A DNA stretch of 64,000 nucleotides from Alphaproteobacteria bacterium (GTDB lineage Bacteria > Pseudomonadota > Alphaproteobacteria > UBA8366 > GCA-2717185): NCBI GenBank assembly GCA_028822585.1, contig JAPKDL010000007.1, positions 4,091-68,090 of the forward strand, in the 5' to 3' direction. A program made the translations under genes and the position numbers. Below, in pieces: positions 9,154 through 18,054 of the stretch; position 1 is the first letter of the stretch; the number at the start of each line of letters is the position of its first letter. The notes under the pieces were generated by a model, which was not told where the DNA came from, made no database searches, and saw only the letters and a list, made by a program, of their open reading frames with translations.

Positions 9154-11045
9154 TACGCGGACTCCTGAAGATTGACATCGGCCAGGGCGCGAACGATATG
9201 GCCGCCGCCAATGTCCCGAAGAATAGGCCTGTTCCCCGGCGTTTCGGCGAAAGGATGGGGCCATTCTGACGGCGTGGACGCCTTTTCCGCCATAAGGTTT
9301 TCGAAATTTAAGGGCGCATCCAAATTCGCTTCCGGCACCGCTTGCAACAGCGCCTGGGTGTAGGGGTGGGTTGGTTGTTTGAACAACATTTCGCGCGGCG
9401 CCATTTCCACCAATTGGCCCTGGCACATGACCGCAATACGATTAGCGATATAGTCGACGACCGCTAAATTATGGGAAATGAACAAATAGGTGAGCCCAAG
9501 TTCCGCCTGTAAATCTTTAAGAAGGTTAAGAATCTGTGCTTGAATTGATACATCCAGCGCAGATACGGGTTCATCGCAAATGAGTAAATCGGGTTGCAAC
9601 GCCAGGGCGCGCGCGATGCCAATGCGTTGACGCTGGCCACCTGAAAAACTGTGCGGATACCGGCTTAGATGCCGCACGTCCAGGCCCACCAAGCGCATTA
9701 ATTCGCGCGCCGCGTTGCGTTGGCTTTCGGCGTCGCCAATCCCATGGATGACCAAGGGTTCGGTGATGATGTCGAACACGGGCATGCGCGGATTTAATGA
9801 ACTGAACGGGTCCTGGAAAATGAACTGCATCTTGCGGCGGAAGGGAATCAGGGCTTTCGGCGTCAAGGCTAGAACATCGATCAACGACCCGCGATTGTTA
9901 TAAGTGACGGTGCCGGAATCGGGGGTTAGCGCCCGCATCAACATTTTCGATAAAGTTGTTTTGCCACAGCCACTTTCGCCGACTAGCCCTAGACATTCGC
10001 CCCGGGCGATTTCAAAGCTGACGCTGTCAACCGCTTTGACGCTTTCGCTCGGCCCGCCACTAAACAGCTTACTTTTGCGAATTTTAAACGCCTTGGACAA
10101 ATTGTCTACTTTCAATAGGGGCGCCTTTGTGGCGTCGGTATTCGACCAAGGTTCTTTTGCTTCGTGCAAGAATGTTTTGTGATGCTCAATCTCGCGGATG
10201 GGGGTTAGCCGTTCGCCCGGCGCTAGACCGAAACGAGGGACTGCTTTGTGCAACGCTTTTAGATAAGGATGTCCCGGATTTCGGAAAATATCTTCGGTAC
10301 CGCCGGATTCCATGACTTCACCGTGGTACATGACGACAATATCTTCGGCCATGTTGGCGACGACACCTAAATCGTGCGTGATCATCATCACGGCCATGCC
10401 AAGTTCGCCTTGCAGATCGCGCAAAAGTTTTAGGATTTGCGCCTGGATGGTGACGTCGAGCGCTGTCGTCGGTTCGTCTGCGATCAACAGGCCGGGGCGG
10501 CACACCAGCGCCATGGCGATCATCGTGCGTTGCCGTAATCCGCCGGAGAGTTCGAATGGATAGGTTTTCAGCGCGCGCGCCGGGTTTGGGAACCCGACCA
10601 GGCGCAGCATTTCCTGGGTGACTTCCAAGCCTTCCGCTTTGCTAATTTTCCGGTGCAGATGCAAGGCTTCGCTGATTTGATCGCCAACAGTATGCAGCAT
10701 GGACAGGGATGTCATTGGTTCCTGAAAGATGATGGAGATGCTGCTGCCACGAATGGCGCGCATTGCGGCGCTGTTGGTGCCAAGCGCCGCAATGTCGACC
10801 GCATCGCCTGGTTTGTTCGGGTCGTTGAACATTATCCGACCGGATGAAATCGACGCCGCCTTGGGCAGAATGCCCATGATGGCTTGTGACATGACGGATT
10901 TTCCTGAACCGGATTCACCCACCAGCGCGACGGTTTGCCCCGGCTGAATTTGAAAGGAAACGCCCTTTACGGCCTCAAGCACCCCTTCGGGCAGGATGAA
11001 TTGAACCTTCAAATTTTCAACGCTCAACAGTGGGGGTGGTGACAT
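9153..11045 (-). CDS. ABC transporter ATP-binding protein with two NBDs (DppD/F fusion)
   Basis: [22 protein letters not shown] and [22 protein letters not shown]. Start taken at MSPPPLL. Confidence 0.95.
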   Translation of the reverse strand: MSPPPLLSVENLKVQFILPEGVLEAVKGVSFQIQPGQTVALVGESGSGKSVMSQAIMGILPKAASISSGRIMFNDPNKPGDAVDIAALGTNSAAMRAIRGSSISIIFQEPMTSLSMLHTVGDQISEALHLHRKISKAEGLEVTQEMLRLVGFPNPARALKTYPFELSGGLRQRTMIAMALVCRPGLLIADEPTTALDVTIQAQILKLLRDLQGELGMAVMMITHDLGVVANMAEDIVVMYHGEVMESGGTEDIFRNPGHPYLKALHKAVPRFGLAPGERLTPIREIEHHKTFLHEAKEPWSNTDATKAPLLKVDNLSKAFKIRKSKLFSGGPSESVKAVDSVSFEIARGECLGLVGESGCGKTTLSKMLMRALTPDSGTVTYNNRGSLIDVLALTPKALIPFRRKMQFIFQDPFSSLNPRMPVFDIITEPLVIHGIGDAESQRNAARELMRLVGLDVRHLSRYPHSFSGGQRQRIGIARALALQPDLLICDEPVSALDVSIQAQILNLLKDLQAELGLTYLFISHNLAVVDYIANRIAVMCQGQLVEMAPREMLFKQPTHPYTQALLQAVPEANLDAPLNFENLMAEKASTPSEWPHPFAETPGNRPILRDIGGGHIVRALADVNLQESA

Positions 11046-11049
11046 TTGA

Positions 11050-11562
11050 TTACGCCTCATCCGCCATATTGATGGTAATGCCCATGGACGCGATATTTTC
11101 CATTGTTGTTTCATCCATTTCGGCATTGTTGTGGAACCCGGCCTGGACGACGTTATTGGCGATGTCATCGAATCCGTTTAATGACGATTCGAGGGTCATT
11201 TTTTCCGCCTTGCTAAACAATGTCAGTTGCATCCAACCCTCGTTTTTGTCCCGGTGCGTTGAATAAAATTTTAGCGCCACCTTGTTAATGTCCCGCCAGG
11301 CGATCCGTCGCCCCAAGGGTCCGTTGGCGATGACCCCTTCATCATCTGTTTCAATGATCGTCATTTGGCGCAAAGCGACCTTTGCGGCAAACCCTATAAA
11401 CACTAATAATATGCCAGCGAGTATGGTTGACAATATGGGGCTGTCTTTAACAAAGTATAAAGGCGTCCCGAAGAACAAAACGCCGATCGCAGCGCGAACA
11501 TAATCGCCGTATAGGCTGGATAAAGGGTATTCTTGGGCGTTATTCATGTTACGGGGGCTCAT
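11050..11562 (-). CDS. Hypothetical membrane protein (two TM helices plus soluble C-terminal domain)
   Basis: Two hydrophobic segments; ATGA coupling to the upstream deacetylase and 4 nt gap to the ATPase gene. Confidence 0.7.
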   Translation of the reverse strand: MSPRNMNNAQEYPLSSLYGDYVRAAIGVLFFGTPLYFVKDSPILSTILAGILLVFIGFAAKVALRQMTIIETDDEGVIANGPLGRRIAWRDINKVALKFYSTHRDKNEGWMQLTLFSKAEKMTLESSLNGFDDIANNVVQAGFHNNAEMDETTMENIASMGITINMADEA

Positions 11563-12347
11563 GCTGCGGGGTCTTTCCAAATGGCGGCAGGGTGGTCCGT
11601 GATGACCCGGACCAGGTTTTCGATGAACGTCCAACAGGCGTCGTCATGCGCTGCGTGATGGGTCAACAACCCGGTTGGACCGTGTGAGCTGTTAGTGTAG
11701 TGGAGTCCACGTTGGCGGCAAAATGACAGGTGTTGGATCGTAAGATCGAGGGCGGCGGCGTCCCCCAGGAACTTTCGGCCGCTCCGCCAATCGATGATAT
11801 CGGCGTGGGTGTTGATTTGTGTGGGAATGTTGGGGCTCCGCGTCTGCAATGTGGTTCCATAGGTTGAAAATGATTGGAACCCGATTCTAGGCAAAAGTGG
11901 GGCGAGGGTGTCCGCCATACGATTCCACGGAGGCACGAACATCGGGCGAAACCGTGGTCCAAAAAGGCGGCGCAGCCGTTTAAACCCGGTCGTTAGGTCG
12001 CGCTGCATCGCGTCAAGCGAACGATGGGGGCCAAATTCGGCCTTTTTTTCATCGTCTGGGGCATGATTGGCGTGTGCGTATCCATGTTGAATCACGGATA
12101 TATTGGGTCGGGCGGCGACAACGTTCGCCAACGCCGTCGTGGCATCTCTGGGAATTGAAGCGAGGGAAAGCGGCGTGTCGCCCGCTATATCCAAAAGCCG
12201 CGTTAAGGCGGTGGTGTCGTCTGTTGCGTCGTCGTCGCGCCACCAGAATGCTGCAACTCGCCCCGCGTCGCGCCATGCGTCGAGTTCCGCGATAAACGCG
12301 GCCCAGGCTGTGAGGTCATTAACGCGGTGCGAATGAGGCATGGTCAT
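11559..12347 (-). CDS. Polysaccharide deacetylase family protein (CE4-like)
   Basis: WWRDDDA, QHGYAH, FVPPWNR, LLTHH motifs. Confidence 0.85.
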   Translation of the reverse strand: MTMPHSHRVNDLTAWAAFIAELDAWRDAGRVAAFWWRDDDATDDTTALTRLLDIAGDTPLSLASIPRDATTALANVVAARPNISVIQHGYAHANHAPDDEKKAEFGPHRSLDAMQRDLTTGFKRLRRLFGPRFRPMFVPPWNRMADTLAPLLPRIGFQSFSTYGTTLQTRSPNIPTQINTHADIIDWRSGRKFLGDAAALDLTIQHLSFCRQRGLHYTNSSHGPTGLLTHHAAHDDACWTFIENLVRVITDHPAAIWKDPAA

Positions 12348-12365
12348 TTGGTATAACGAATTTCA

Positions 12366-13502
12366 TCAGTGCTTTAAAGCGGTAAGACCAAGTAAAATTT
12401 TCGCCGTTTCCGCCGCGCCATTTCGGTTTAAAGTGTTTTTCGGCGGAGGTGGCGCGTCAACGACTGCATCCACGGTCGCCGCCAACAGAGCAGGAGTTAA
12501 TTCCGCCTCCGAAATAAATTGAAACCCTGGATGGCGTGCTAATAATTTGGCCCGGACAGTTTGTTCGGTTTCCCCGTCCTGGGCGAATGGAACCAAAATA
12601 GACGGTGCGCTGGTTGCGAGCACATCCATGACCGTATTGTATCCCGCCTGACTGATCGATAGTGCGCAGTGAGACAAAATTTTGCGAAAATCAGGATTGA
12701 ATTGCTCGATGGTGACCCCGCCTGATCTTGCTAAGGCGTGTTGATCGGATTTGGGAAGGTTGGGGCCGGTGATAAGCCGCCATGGCGCATCGCGAAGCCG
12801 GGTTAAGGGGCGGGCCGCCAGCGCGCACCTTAACAATGCGCCCCCAACGGCACCGCCGCCGACCGAAACAACGATGCCGTTGCGCGTCGGCGCGTTTCGG
12901 GCTGAGGATATTGACGGCGAAGAAACATAACCGGTGTAGCGAATTTTATCGGCGATCTTGGCGGCAGCAGTGAAAGTTTTGTCCAGCGTGATAAGCGATG
13001 GATCTCCATGGACCAACACCGCTGCACAATTTTTCTGAACAATATCCACGACCTCCTGAACCCGCGCTGGATTGCTTTTTGCGGCCAGAATATCACGGAC
13101 CGACACTGCAACGGGGACACCGCTCTCCTGTGCGGCTTGCAATAGCGGCAGCAATTCGAAGCGGAAACGACGCCGCGCAAAAGGATACCCTTCGATGAGA
13201 AGGACGTCGGGCGCGGTCACGCTGTAGGCGCGAAGTAAGGCGTCGCGGCGTCGATCTTCCCAGGCGGCGTCGATGGGGTGCCCGAATTCGTCTAACATTG
13301 TCTTGAAGGTGGCGTCTTGGGCGCGCACCGGAGGCAATTGCACGATTTTCACACCGCCCAAATCAAGCGCGGTATCGGTAAACCCACCAGTGACATAGGT
13401 GACATCTAGGCCGATGGTGGTCATTGCGCGTGTGATCGCGGCGGCGCGCATTTGGTGGCCGATGCCCAGCAGATGTTGAACGTAAAAAAGAACCCGTGCC
13501 AT
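12366..13502 (-). CDS. Glycosyltransferase, COG4671/GT28-C-like
   Basis: YVQHLLGIGH, SVRDIL, VSVGGGAVG, SQAGYNT, EQ..RA. Confidence 0.85.
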   Translation of the reverse strand: MARVLFYVQHLLGIGHQMRAAAITRAMTTIGLDVTYVTGGFTDTALDLGGVKIVQLPPVRAQDATFKTMLDEFGHPIDAAWEDRRRDALLRAYSVTAPDVLLIEGYPFARRRFRFELLPLLQAAQESGVPVAVSVRDILAAKSNPARVQEVVDIVQKNCAAVLVHGDPSLITLDKTFTAAAKIADKIRYTGYVSSPSISSARNAPTRNGIVVSVGGGAVGGALLRCALAARPLTRLRDAPWRLITGPNLPKSDQHALARSGGVTIEQFNPDFRKILSHCALSISQAGYNTVMDVLATSAPSILVPFAQDGETEQTVRAKLLARHPGFQFISEAELTPALLAATVDAVVDAPPPPKNTLNRNGAAETAKILLGLTALKH

Positions 13503-13509
13503 TTTAAAG

Positions 13510-14121
13510 TCAGCTGCCGCCATACGCCGATGGCGATTCGGTCATGGGGTGATTCAGCAGGTGGGGGCGCGGCGCGCCGCCCGCGTCGAGACGGAAATAA
13601 TGGACGCATTCATCGTGCAGCTTTTCCGGCGCCTTGTCGGTCATGTCCCAGCCCACAGAAAGCGCGTACAAGGCGCGAAGGACGCCTTTGTGACATACAG
13701 CAACGGTGTTTTTCTGGTCGCGCGCGCATTCGGCGAGAAATGGCTTTAGTCGGTTTTGCACATCGCGGGGGCTTTCGCCGCCGGGCGCGCGAAAATCCAG
13801 TCCGTCCGCCTCCCACGCTTTCATAAGATCACCCAGTTCCGCGCGTAATTCTGGCAGGCGCATTCCTTCCCATTCCGCCCAATTCATTTCAATGAGGCGG
13901 TCATCGGCGCGGGCGGGTTGTCCTGACAAGATCAACGCCGTTTCCTGGGCTCGTTTCAAAGGACTGGCGACCCAATCGAAGCTGCCGAGGTCCTGGGGCG
14001 TCGCCCACGCCGCAACGCTGTCGCGCCCGTTTGGGCTGAGGGGTATATCGCTGTGACCCTGGACAACGCCAGATTCGTTCCATTCGGTGGGCCCATGGCG
14101 AATAACAGCCAACAAGGTCAT
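13510..14121 (-). CDS. Histidine phosphatase (phosphoglycerate mutase-like) family protein
   Basis: IRHGPTEWN, SPLKRAQET, GGES, VCHKG. Confidence 0.9.
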   Translation of the reverse strand: MTLLAVIRHGPTEWNESGVVQGHSDIPLSPNGRDSVAAWATPQDLGSFDWVASPLKRAQETALILSGQPARADDRLIEMNWAEWEGMRLPELRAELGDLMKAWEADGLDFRAPGGESPRDVQNRLKPFLAECARDQKNTVAVCHKGVLRALYALSVGWDMTDKAPEKLHDECVHYFRLDAGGAPRPHLLNHPMTESPSAYGGS

Positions 14122-15251
14122 GTGAGATTCTCCAGGATGCAGTTTAAGTGGTGGGCGGCGTCGTCGACGCCATGATGGGTTTGGGCGCGAACCGATGCGG
14201 TGCGGCCCATCGCGCGGCGGCGATCAGGGTCCTGTAATAGCGCTGCCGTTGCGGTAGCCATATCAGCTTCCAGGTTTGGAGAATCCGACGGAACGATTAT
14301 TCCCGTTTCCCCATGCGCGACGATTTGGCGGACGCCGGGCGTTCCGCCGGCGATGACTGGAACCCCGGCGGCTTGGGCTTCCAGAAGGGCCATGCCGTAG
14401 GCTTCGCGGACCGCAGGCCACACAACTAAATCGGCGGCGGCGTGCATCGCGTCCACGTCAGGCGCGGAGGTTTCGCCAAGCCAGCAAACCCGAGGGTCGC
14501 CGTTAAAATTCGCCTGGATAGCTGCGCGCGCCGGGCCGTCACCCGCAACGAGGAGTTGCAAGGGGGTTTCTCGAAGTCGCTGAAGGACGCCAGCCAGGAT
14601 CCGATACGAATCGCTTTTGTCGCCCTGTCGCAACATGGCTGCGATAACGATCCAGGGCGCATCGGGGTTCAGGCCGTGTCGTTGGGCGAGATCGGCCCGG
14701 CGCTTTGCCCGGTCGTGCGACGCAGATGGGGTCGAACGGGTGTCGACAAACGGCGCCAGGGCGGCCATTCGCCGGTCGTCGTCAACCACGTCGCGCACGC
14801 AAGGCGCGTCATTCGGGTTGAGTGTAATAACGCGCGCCGCATGGCGTAGGGCGTTTTGAACATCGCCATGCCCGCACCGCCAGGGGCCGTCGACCTGTTT
14901 AGGGGCGAAACTTGCTTCGGCGACGACATAAGGCACCGCCAGCGCCTCGCTTACCACCGGACCCAGCAGATCGGGCGCTTTGTGGTACAGATGATAAGTG
15001 AACCAGAGATCCGGGCCGCCCGTCTTGGGGGATTTTTTAATATAAGACTGGGCGATTCGGGCAGCGCGGCGGCGAATGGCAGCCTGGCGCCCGCTGTCGC
15101 CCTCGCCCTCATAACTGCGCAACGTGGAGGCGATGGTGACCAGATGTCCGGCGCGGCGCAGCGCCAGGATTAACAATCGCGCCATGCGTCGGTCCCCAGA
15201 AGGAACCGGGTGGTTTGGCGGCTTCAACGGTGCATGAAAGGCGATGCGCAT
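14118..15251 (-). CDS. Glycosyltransferase family 4
   Basis: HPVPSGDRRMA, EAYGMALLEA; TGATG coupling. Confidence 0.9.
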   Translation of the reverse strand: MRIAFHAPLKPPNHPVPSGDRRMARLLILALRRAGHLVTIASTLRSYEGEGDSGRQAAIRRRAARIAQSYIKKSPKTGGPDLWFTYHLYHKAPDLLGPVVSEALAVPYVVAEASFAPKQVDGPWRCGHGDVQNALRHAARVITLNPNDAPCVRDVVDDDRRMAALAPFVDTRSTPSASHDRAKRRADLAQRHGLNPDAPWIVIAAMLRQGDKSDSYRILAGVLQRLRETPLQLLVAGDGPARAAIQANFNGDPRVCWLGETSAPDVDAMHAAADLVVWPAVREAYGMALLEAQAAGVPVIAGGTPGVRQIVAHGETGIIVPSDSPNLEADMATATAALLQDPDRRRAMGRTASVRAQTHHGVDDAAHHLNCILENLT

Positions 15252-16477
15252 CACGCGGCGGTCGATTGTGGTTGAAAAAGTTTCGACAACGAATCGATAC
15301 CGTCATGCATTGAAAAATGGGACCGGACCCGCTCGAATCCAGCCTGCGCCAGTTTGGCCCGTAAAGCCGGGTCTTCCAACAGGCGGCGAAGCGCGTCCGA
15401 CAGGGCCGCCGAATCTCCCGGTGTTACCAAAACCCCGGTTTCACCATCAAGGATCAGTTCGGGAATGCCCGACATTCGCGTACTGAGCACGGCCACGCGC
15501 TGACTCTGCGCTTCCATCAAGACGTTGGGCAGGCCGTCGCGGTCGCCATCAGGGGTTTGCTTGCTGGGCAGGACAAAAACATCGGCGCGGCGAATTTCTG
15601 ACAACACTCTGCCTTGGGGCTGTGCGCCCAGCCATTCAATGCGGTCTTCCAGTCCTAGGCCATGGGCGCGATCCCGCAATTCGTTCAAAAGCGGCCCGCC
15701 GCCAACATGTCGAAACCGCCAATTCAGGTGTGGTGGCAGGGACGCGAGGGCTTGCAGGCAATCATTGTAGCCTTTCTTGGGCACGGCGCGACCGACCGAC
15801 AAGATGATCAAAGGCGTATTAGGCGTGTCTGACATGTGCTCGCAGGCGTCCGGGGGCGCGAATCGGCTAAAATCGAGACCATGATGCACCAGGGACACCG
15901 TCTCGGGGTCCGGCGCTAACGTCCGTAGATAATCGGCACCCGATTGGGTACATGTGACCAACCAATCGAGGCAACCCAGCTTTTCGCGGATGTCCCACTT
16001 GGGCGTTGTCCAAATATCCTTGGCGTGGGCCGACCCGCTCCAGGGCAATCCCCGCATGATCGCGGCGTAGCGCGTGACGGAGGCGGGTGTGTGCAAGAAA
16101 TGCGCGTGCAGACGGTCGATGTCGTCCGGCAATTCGCAGGCAACCACACAGGCTTGACCAAACCGTCGCATACGATTTCGCGTAAAGTCGCGACGTAAAT
16201 CCGCTCCCCAAAGGGTGAATGCGGCGGTGAATCCCGGTAACGTGCGCGCCTGAATCAGGGCGCGTGCGACTCGCCGGGGTTCGTGATGAAGGTATTCGGG
16301 GAGATAGAGAATCGGTGCCTGGATTTCCTGGTGGATTGGATGCGTGTCGGTGTCGGTCGGGTGGCGCAGGGAGATAATATGGATTTCATGGCCACGTTTT
16401 TCCAGGGCTCGGATTTCCTGGGCGATGAAGGTTTCCGACAGCCTCGGATAACCCTTTAGGACAAATGCGGTGGCCAT
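15251..16477 (-). CDS. Glycosyltransferase family 4 (WcaL-like)
   Basis: YPRLSETFI, HAHF, AHAKD, VGRAVPKKG, DRDGLPNVLMEA. Confidence 0.9.
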   Translation of the reverse strand: MATAFVLKGYPRLSETFIAQEIRALEKRGHEIHIISLRHPTDTDTHPIHQEIQAPILYLPEYLHHEPRRVARALIQARTLPGFTAAFTLWGADLRRDFTRNRMRRFGQACVVACELPDDIDRLHAHFLHTPASVTRYAAIMRGLPWSGSAHAKDIWTTPKWDIREKLGCLDWLVTCTQSGADYLRTLAPDPETVSLVHHGLDFSRFAPPDACEHMSDTPNTPLIILSVGRAVPKKGYNDCLQALASLPPHLNWRFRHVGGGPLLNELRDRAHGLGLEDRIEWLGAQPQGRVLSEIRRADVFVLPSKQTPDGDRDGLPNVLMEAQSQRVAVLSTRMSGIPELILDGETGVLVTPGDSAALSDALRRLLEDPALRAKLAQAGFERVRSHFSMHDGIDSLSKLFQPQSTAA

Positions 16478-16547
16478 CGCTAAAAACCCTAGGTTCTTCC
16501 ATTGCGGTTAAGGCCATCTATCTTGCGACTCATGGCCCTTGCGGTTC

Positions 16548-17777
16548 TTAGGCTTGTTGGCGCGCTGATGCAATTTCCGGCTGGGCGGATTTGGGCCGAC
16601 GCTCCAGCATGTGCCGGGTTAGGATATTAACATTATTGAGTCCATCGAGAAGTCCGGGCACGACGATGTCCGAGGGTGAATTTTGCTGTGGCAGATGCCG
16701 TAAGGCGGTAGCCATCGTTTTGGCCGCGCGAACGCTGTCATCGCATAACATGGTGACAAGGCCCAAATCTTCCGCGCGGCTGGTGCGGATGTATTGTTCC
16801 AACCGGGGGGCGGTGCGCGGCACGATGAGCGCTTTTTTGTCGAAGGACAGTATTTCACAAAATGTATTATAACCGCCCATGGCGACAATGCCTTCCGCTC
16901 GGGCGACTAAGCTTTCCATATGAGCTTCAAAGGTGATGGCGTCGACTTTATCCAGCGCGTCGGCGCGGGCGATGAACTCGGACCGGCGTTCCGATTGCAT
17001 GAACGGGCCCAACACAACCATCGACGCATACGGCAGGTCTTTTTCGGTTTCATAGGCGCGCAATACCCAATCCACCAATATTTCGCCATCGCCGCCACCG
17101 CCGGGCGTCACCAGAATGTACGGCCTATCTGTCTTCGCCAAGGCAGGTTGACCGACAGGTTTGGGGCCTTCGAAGCGGCGCAAATATCCGGTGTAGACCA
17201 TTTTACGGCGCAGCGATTCCGGCAGGCCGATTTCCGCAAGGGGTTCGCAAATCTGCGGCAGTCCGTAGACCCACATTTCATCGTAATAGGTTTCCAGCGC
17301 CGGGATGGCGTTTTTCCGTTTCCATTCCGGTCCCAACAATCGGGGTTCGTCCAACACGTCGCGCAGGCCAAGGACAATGTGCGCGCCGCGTTTTTTGAGA
17401 ATGTCCAACGTGGCGGCGAGTTCGCCGCGCAGGCCGAGCGGTTCTTTGTCGACGATAAATATATCAGGGTCAAAAAATTCTGCGGTGTGTTGAATTATTG
17501 ACGCGCGCATCGCGATCGTGTCGTCCACCGCCATGGGCAATGTCAGGGAGGTGTATTCCCCGTTGCGTAATTTTATGACGCCGGGAATTCTGACGAAATC
17601 AACGCGAGATCGAAAATCAAAACTGCCAATAATAGGCGATCCGGACAGGATCAACACCGACAAATCCTCATTGCTTTCGCAGAGGGCGTGCGCTATGGCA
17701 CTGCATCGTCGCAGATGGCCTAAACCAAAGGTGTCGTGGCTGTATATAAGAACACGCGGTGGCGTCCGTTGCTTCAT
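16548..17777 (-). CDS. Glycosyltransferase, COG4671-like
   Basis: YSHDTFGLGHLRR, GLRDVLD, TPGGGGDG, MGGYNTFCE, EQYIR. Confidence 0.85.
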   Translation of the reverse strand: MKQRTPPRVLIYSHDTFGLGHLRRCSAIAHALCESNEDLSVLILSGSPIIGSFDFRSRVDFVRIPGVIKLRNGEYTSLTLPMAVDDTIAMRASIIQHTAEFFDPDIFIVDKEPLGLRGELAATLDILKKRGAHIVLGLRDVLDEPRLLGPEWKRKNAIPALETYYDEMWVYGLPQICEPLAEIGLPESLRRKMVYTGYLRRFEGPKPVGQPALAKTDRPYILVTPGGGGDGEILVDWVLRAYETEKDLPYASMVVLGPFMQSERRSEFIARADALDKVDAITFEAHMESLVARAEGIVAMGGYNTFCEILSFDKKALIVPRTAPRLEQYIRTSRAEDLGLVTMLCDDSVRAAKTMATALRHLPQQNSPSDIVVPGLLDGLNNVNILTRHMLERRPKSAQPEIASARQQA

Positions 17778-18054
17778 TACTTCCCGTCCTTGGCCCGTCT
17801 TCACCGATGCAAAACCGTGTTCCCTGACCGGTTTCGCACCCTTCGTTTCCGTTCAATTCTAATGCGTCACGGCATCGACCGGATGGATTCATGCCTATGT
17901 CCGCGCATAGAAGTTATTTAAATAAACGTCTTTCAAGGATTAATGCCAGACATTTACGGTTTTGAAAAGCTGCGCTAAGGTGCGGGCGAATAAAATTTTA
18001 GTTTCATAACACGGACTTTTTAAAAGTCCTGGCTGGAGGCCGCGCGGTAGTTTC

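Noticed and set aside
9154-9426. N-terminal extension of the SBP ORF, and similar extensions for lolA, FAH, PNPOx-like, WecA-like and acs ORFs
   Set aside because: They mostly overlap neighbouring genes; downstream starts with SD sequences or stop/start coupling fit better.
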